From Candidatus Latescibacterota bacterium (GTDB lineage: Bacteria; Latescibacterota; UBA2968; GCA-2709665): a DNA stretch of 64,000 nt. The stretch spans positions 2,016,001-2,080,000 of the forward strand of contig CBDCOX010000002.1 of NCBI GenBank assembly GCA_965219995.1, read 5' to 3'. Every line of letters starts with the position of its first letter. The stretch's first letter is position 1. Positions 59,201 through 64,000 of the stretch are shown piece after piece. Made by a program: the position numbers and the translations under genes. The notes under the pieces were generated by a model. The model was not told where the DNA came from, ran no database searches, and was given only the letters and a program-made list of their open reading frames with translations.

Positions 59201-60172
59201 ATGTCGGAGACGGTATTGTATCTCTCGAAGGACGACGTGGAGGCGGTGAATCTGTCGATGAGGGAAATCATCGACGGGCTGGACCGGATGTTTGTGGAAA
59301 AGGGAGAAGGCAAAGTGGAGATGCCTCCCAAGCCGGGCATCCACACACAGCCGGACGCATTCATTCACGCAATGCCGGCGTATATACCGAGCCTTGAATC
59401 CGCGGGCATGAAATGGGTATCGGGATATCCGGCGAACCAGGCAAAAGGGTTGCCGTACATCAGCGGACTGTTGATTCTGAACGATCCGGAAACCGGCATT
59501 CCCACGTGCGTTATGGACTGCACGTGGATCACGGCGATGCGGACGGGCGCGGCGACCGCGGTTGCAGCGAAATATCTGGCGCGAAAGGACAGTTCGACGG
59601 TCGGCATTGTCGCCTGCGGCGTCCAGGGCCGCGGCAATCTGGAGGCCCTGTCGTGCGTTTTTGACATCAGCGAAGTAAAGGCGTACGATCTGTATCCTGA
59701 GGTCGCGGACCGCTTCGCCGCGGAAATGGGGCCCCGAATCGGGGTGCGCGTCGAGCCGGTTCGCGAGGTTTCGCAGGCCGTCAGGGAACTGGACCTTGTT
59801 GTAACGAGCGGGCCCATCAGGGAACGGCCGGAACCCGTTGTGGGGGCCGGCTGGCTCGCGGAGGGATCTTTTGCCTGTCCGCTGGATTTCGACGCCTACT
59901 TTACCGCCGAGGCATTCCGTGAAGCGGACAAGCTGGCAAGCGACGATTCGGATCAGCTGGAATATTACCGGCAGACCGGTTTTTTCGATGATACACCGGA
60001 GCCTTATGCAGACCTGGGTGAAATCGCGGCGGGGCTGAAGCCGGGACGGGAGTCGGACCGGGAACGCGCGATTGCGATCAATCTGGGCCTCGGTCTGGAA
60101 GACATGGCCACCGCGATTCTGGTTTACCGCCGCGCGGTGGAGCTGGAAATCGGGACGGTGTTGCCGCTGTAA
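59201..60172 (+). CDS. Ornithine cyclodeaminase / mu-crystallin family protein
   Basis: MPAY, G.KWVS..P.N, TAMRTGA, CGVQG and GL.LED; AGGAG RBS. Confidence 0.93.
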   Translation: MSETVLYLSKDDVEAVNLSMREIIDGLDRMFVEKGEGKVEMPPKPGIHTQPDAFIHAMPAYIPSLESAGMKWVSGYPANQAKGLPYISGLLILNDPETGIPTCVMDCTWITAMRTGAATAVAAKYLARKDSSTVGIVACGVQGRGNLEALSCVFDISEVKAYDLYPEVADRFAAEMGPRIGVRVEPVREVSQAVRELDLVVTSGPIRERPEPVVGAGWLAEGSFACPLDFDAYFTAEAFREADKLASDDSDQLEYYRQTGFFDDTPEPYADLGEIAAGLKPGRESDRERAIAINLGLGLEDMATAILVYRRAVELEIGTVLPL

Positions 60173-60208
60173 TCGGGCCCCATCAGATGAAACCGCCAAG
60201 GAGGCGCA

Positions 60209-61330
60209 ATGACACGACAGGCTGACAATCCGGAACAGATCGGGATTTCCGTTGAAGGCCTGCAAACGGCGAACGGAATCCTCGAGGAGGCGGTGATTCG
60301 GGGCGAGTTGATGGGCGCGGCGCTCCAGGTTACCCGGGGCGGCTTCACCCTTCCGCCGGCGTGTTTCGGACGCCGCACCCTGGACCCCGCGGGACCTCCT
60401 GTTGAGCCGGATACGATCTTCCTGATCGCATCCATCACCAAGCCGATCGTGGCGGCGGCCGTCATGTTGCTCGTGGAGCAGGGCAAGGTCTGCCTGGACG
60501 ACCCGGTGACGGCGTTCGTGCCGGAGTTCGGTCAGGCGGGCAAGGAAGGCGTCCAGGTGCGGCATCTCCTGACCCACACATCCGGGCTGCCGGATATGCT
60601 GCCCGAGAACCTGGCATTGCGCGCCGAACACGCGCCGATGGATGTCTTTATTCAACACATCTGTAAGGGTAAACTGCTATTCAGACCAGGCACGAGAATC
60701 TCGTACCAGAGCTGTGGGATCGCGATGCTGGGCGAGATCGTTCAACGGATCGAGGCGGTGCCGGTGCGGGAATTCCTCAGGCGGGCGTTTTTTGAACCGC
60801 TGAACCTGGTGGATACCTCGCTGGGACGTCCGGACCGGAACCCGCGGGATTCCGACGTAAAAATACACGGCGGGGAGTACGGCGCAGCGGACGCCGTGTC
60901 GTGGAACTGGAATTCGGACTACTGGAGAGGGTTCGGCGCCCCCTGGGGCGGGCTGTTGACCACCACGGCAGAGATGACGGCGCTCTGTCAGGCTTTTCTG
61001 TACGACGGCGCACTGAACGGAACGCGCATCCTAAGCCCCGCAACGGTTTCCGCAATGACGGCGGACCAGACGTCGGCGATGCCCGACCTGAACCGGGCCG
61101 ACCGGCTCAGACAGCGTTGGGGGCTGGGATGGCGCGTGCGCGACCGGGTGTGTTCAATCTTCGGAGATCTGACTTCGGACGCCACCTTCGGACACGAGGG
61201 GGCGACGGGGACCGTGGCCTGGGTGGACCCGGAGACTGAGACGACGTGCGTACTGTTCACCAACGACCCGCACGGCGCGGCTTCTCTGCGTCCACGGGTA
61301 GGCAACGCTGTTGCCGCCGCCGTCATGTAG
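60209..61330 (+). CDS. Serine hydrolase, beta-lactamase class C-like
   Basis: ASITK (SxxK), LLTHTSGL, Y.S and FGHEGATGT. Confidence 0.93.
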   Translation: MTRQADNPEQIGISVEGLQTANGILEEAVIRGELMGAALQVTRGGFTLPPACFGRRTLDPAGPPVEPDTIFLIASITKPIVAAAVMLLVEQGKVCLDDPVTAFVPEFGQAGKEGVQVRHLLTHTSGLPDMLPENLALRAEHAPMDVFIQHICKGKLLFRPGTRISYQSCGIAMLGEIVQRIEAVPVREFLRRAFFEPLNLVDTSLGRPDRNPRDSDVKIHGGEYGAADAVSWNWNSDYWRGFGAPWGGLLTTTAEMTALCQAFLYDGALNGTRILSPATVSAMTADQTSAMPDLNRADRLRQRWGLGWRVRDRVCSIFGDLTSDATFGHEGATGTVAWVDPETETTCVLFTNDPHGAASLRPRVGNAVAAAVM

Positions 61331-61427
61331 GAAGCATTCCCGGCAAGGTCTCGTAAGGATCGTATCCCGCACTTTGTCGTGCATCCCTGTTGCTCCCGCC
61401 AACACGGACCGGCGGAAACCCGGGACG

Positions 61428-61556
61428 TTACCCTCAATGTGAAAAAAGAACACCGAAAAATTGGCAACAAAAAGCACAAAAAGCATCCGTGCAAAGCGGC
61501 GTTTGTCATAACGCGGTGACCCTGCAGTTCATTCCTCACCGGACCGAAAAGGTCGT
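61428..61556 (+). repeat. Intergenic cassette, module C
   Basis: GAAAAAAGAACACCGAAAAATTGGCAACAAAAAGCACAAAAAGCA...TAACGCGGTGACCCTGCAGTTCATTCCT aligns with 12831-12965. Confidence 0.8.
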
Positions 61557-61679
61557 CCGGAAGCACATTTTTTCCGTTCACGTCCAGTGACCTGAAGGTT
61601 CCTGGTAATCAGATGTTTAATCGCCTTTATCAACTTGCGTTTATTCAAATTAACGTCCTCGAAAAATGACGAATCAAGG

Positions 61680-62648
61680 TTAACCTTCGACGTGAACGTT
61701 GCCGAAGAGTGTGCTGACTGACTCGTCGTTGTGGATTCGACGGATGGCTTCTGCCAGAATGGAAGCAACGGAAAGTACCTTGATTTTCCCGTTCTGCACG
61801 GTTTCAGGTACGGGAATGGAATTCGAGACGACCAATTCGGTCAGGACGGAGTTCTCAACGCGTTCCACGGCGGGGCCGGCCAGCACCGGGTGTACGATTA
61901 CGGCGCTGATATCCAGTGCCCCATGTTCTCTCAGGACCGTCGCGGCCTCGACGAGCGACCCGCCGGTGGAAATGAGATCATCGATGATCACGACGTTCTT
62001 ACCTTCCACGTCGCCAATTATGTTCAGAACTTCCGTTTGTGTACCGCTCGAACGTCGTTTGTCCACGATGGCCAGTGGAGCGTCCAGCAACTCGGAATAG
62101 GCGCGTGTCATCTTGATGTTGCCCACGTCGGGAGTGACAGTGACCAGGTTTTCCATGCGCTTTTCCATCAGGTAGCTTCCGAAGACATTGATGGAGTACA
62201 GGTGGTCCATGGGGATGTCGAAGAATCCCTGGATCTGGTTGGAATGCAAATCCAGCGAAAGGACCCGCCTTGCGCCGGCGGTGACGATGAGGTTCCCGAT
62301 CAGTTTGGCGGTAATTGGCACCCGCGGCCTGTCTTTTCGGTCCTGCCGGGCATATCCGTAATAGGGCAGTACGGCGGTAATCCGCCGGGCGGAGGCGCGA
62401 CGGGCGGCGTCGATGAGAATGAGGATTTCCATCAGGGCGTCGTTTGGCGTAAACACACCATTGCCGCAGATTGGCTGAACGATGTAGACGTCGTTGCCGC
62501 GCACGTTCTCGCGAATCTGAACGCCTGTCTCTCCTCCCGGAAAACTCTCGACTTCGGCATCTCCCAGGCTGATATTGAGGTGTTGGCAGATCTCCTCGGC
62601 CAGAGGCCTGTTGATGTTGCCTGTGAAAACCTGAAAGTCGTAAGCCAA
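61680..62648 (-). CDS. prs: Ribose-phosphate pyrophosphokinase
   Basis: ENVRG, PYYGYARQDRK, DLH..QIQGFF and DDLISTGGS; TTG start after AAGGAGG. Confidence 0.97.
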   Translation of the reverse strand: MAYDFQVFTGNINRPLAEEICQHLNISLGDAEVESFPGGETGVQIRENVRGNDVYIVQPICGNGVFTPNDALMEILILIDAARRASARRITAVLPYYGYARQDRKDRPRVPITAKLIGNLIVTAGARRVLSLDLHSNQIQGFFDIPMDHLYSINVFGSYLMEKRMENLVTVTPDVGNIKMTRAYSELLDAPLAIVDKRRSSGTQTEVLNIIGDVEGKNVVIIDDLISTGGSLVEAATVLREHGALDISAVIVHPVLAGPAVERVENSVLTELVVSNSIPVPETVQNGKIKVLSVASILAEAIRRIHNDESVSTLFGNVHVEG

Positions 62649-62711
62649 AACGTCAGCCTCCTTGGGAGTTCGAATCGAGGGGTTGAGAGTTCGTCTCGGG
62701 ACTGCGAGTGA

Positions 62712-62740
62712 AATATATGCCCGGTCTGGCGGCGGAGCAA
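62712..62740 (-). promoter_or_regulatory. Putative prs promoter
   Basis: TTGCTC-N17-TATATT on the minus strand. Confidence 0.55.
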
Positions 62741-62785
62741 TTGAATTCAAAAAGAGCTGGACACACAGTCGGGATAGTTCATCCT

Positions 62786-63487
62786 TTGAGTGCCGAATTC
62801 AACATCCTCTACCAGGACGACCATTACGTGGCCGTTGACAAACCGAGCGGCGTCTTCGTACACCCCACCCGCCTCGGACCACGGGAACCCGACTGCATGT
62901 CCCGCCTGGGCAGGCAACTGGGTCGTCCCGTCTACACCATTCACAGGCTGGACCGCGCCACCTCGGGCGTGCTTCTCTTCGCCCTGAGTTCCGAGGCGGC
63001 CAGGGAGATGTGCGTCCTGTTCGAAGAGCGCCGCATCCAGAAGGAATACCTGGCCGTGGTTCGGGGATTTGCGCCCGAAACCGGACGGATCGATCATCCT
63101 CTGCGTAATCAACGAAAGAAATCAGCGGTAGAAGCGGTTACCGACTTCGACCGCGTGGGAACGGCCGAACTTCAGGAGCCCGTCGGCAGACACGAGACAG
63201 CGCGTTTTTCGTTGATACGGGCCGTGCCTCAAACCGGTCGCATGCATCAGATCCGAAGACACATGGCCCATATCTCGCATCCCGTACTGGGCGACACCAG
63301 GTACGGTGACGGCGCGCAAAATCGGTTCTTTCGCGCCAGATTCGGGTTGTATCGCCTCGCGCTCATGGCCGCCCGGCTGGCGTTTCTGCACCCGTATACC
63401 GGGGAAGGCGTTGCCGTCGTCGCGACGCCGTCGGAAGATCTCCGGACGACGTTCGCCGGGTTGGGATGGGACGAGGCCCCGGTTTAA
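62786..63487 (+). CDS. truC: RluA-family pseudouridine synthase, TruC-like
   Basis: ILYQD, KPSG, HRLDRATSG, TGRMHQIRRH and GD..YGD..QNR. Start uncertain; TruC assignment by resemblance. Confidence 0.8.
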   Translation: MSAEFNILYQDDHYVAVDKPSGVFVHPTRLGPREPDCMSRLGRQLGRPVYTIHRLDRATSGVLLFALSSEAAREMCVLFEERRIQKEYLAVVRGFAPETGRIDHPLRNQRKKSAVEAVTDFDRVGTAELQEPVGRHETARFSLIRAVPQTGRMHQIRRHMAHISHPVLGDTRYGDGAQNRFFRARFGLYRLALMAARLAFLHPYTGEGVAVVATPSEDLRTTFAGLGWDEAPV

Positions 63488-63491
63488 TTGT

Positions 63492-64000
63492 ATGTCCGGC
63501 AACCCTGAACACATTACGATTATCCGAAGCGGCGCCATTGGAGATTTCGTACTGACGCTTCCCGCGGTGAACGCGCTGCAACTGGCTTACCCGCGCTCGC
63601 GCCTTCGGCTTATCGGCAACCCGTCGATCCTGCGCCTTGGGCCACTGGAAGACCTCATTGACATCAACAGCGCCGAAATCGCCGGCCTTTACAATCCCGA
63701 AGGCGTCGTTCCCGAACGCACCCGGGCCCTCTTCGCTCACGTCGACCTGCTCCTGGCCTACGCCGTCGACCCGGACCGGCGGCTTCAAACGCGCCTCTCG
63801 GAGATTGTCCGCGGCCGGGCGATCGTATTCGATCCCCGCCCGAAACGGGACTCCCACATTACAGATCACCTGCTGGCGCCGCTCCACAGGATATCCGTAC
63901 CCGTGTCCGACCCGATCCCCAGGATCCGGTTGAACGAAGCTGAACTGGATCAATCCCGCGGTATCCTTCAAAAACAACGTCTGCCATCACCCGTTGTCGC
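63492..64000 (+). CDS. Glycosyltransferase family 9 (heptosyltransferase-like), partial
   Basis: Absent from the ORF track because it is open-ended. MSGNPEHITIIRSGAIGDFVLTLPAVNALQLAYP is a GT9 N-terminal signature; the frame is open to the window end. Confidence 0.85.
   Translation, partial: MSGNPEHITIIRSGAIGDFVLTLPAVNALQLAYPRSRLRLIGNPSILRLGPLEDLIDINSAEIAGLYNPEGVVPERTRALFAHVDLLLAYAVDPDRRLQTRLSEIVRGRAIVFDPRPKRDSHITDHLLAPLHRISVPVSDPIPRIRLNEAELDQSRGILQKQRLPSPVV

Noticed and set aside
62660-62705. tRNA-like GGGAGTTCGAATC upstream of prs
   Set aside because: No cloverleaf, acceptor stem or matching T-stem partner.

Overview
A GC-rich (roughly 60-65%) bacterial chromosomal window, probably from the FCB superphylum. 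A Latescibacterota/Gemmatimonadota-like origin is inferred from a PorV/PorQ-family gene, a TonB receptor-cargo cluster without SusD, and an S8 protease ending in a paired DxDxxGxVxFxDF dockerin-like domain. It holds about 45 real CDSs. These are housekeeping genes (sucD, rpiA, era, yicC-gmk-rpoZ-coaBC-udg-dnaB-kptA, prs, truC-like), envelope genes, a DacZ-type diadenylate cyclase, and accessory catabolic enzymes. I found no rRNA, tRNA, CRISPR array or transposase. Most of the unusual signal is non-coding. (1) A modular family of intergenic cassettes built from 3x9-nt and 7-nt periodic motifs is stacked at several sites and brackets the BamA-peptidase gene. (2) G/C skew inverts abruptly inside that gene. 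(3) There are three copies of a 160-bp MITE, two with 4-bp target duplications; one is in frame with gmk and one supplies a gene's stop codon. (4) A structured RNA of about 160 nt is delimited by a promoter and a terminator. (5) Promoters recur with the form TTGNNN-N17-TAT(C/A)TT. The most striking coding system is a 1598-aa degenerate-M28/FtsX fusion paired with an OPT-like membrane protein and no ATPase. All calls are by eye; no database search was run.
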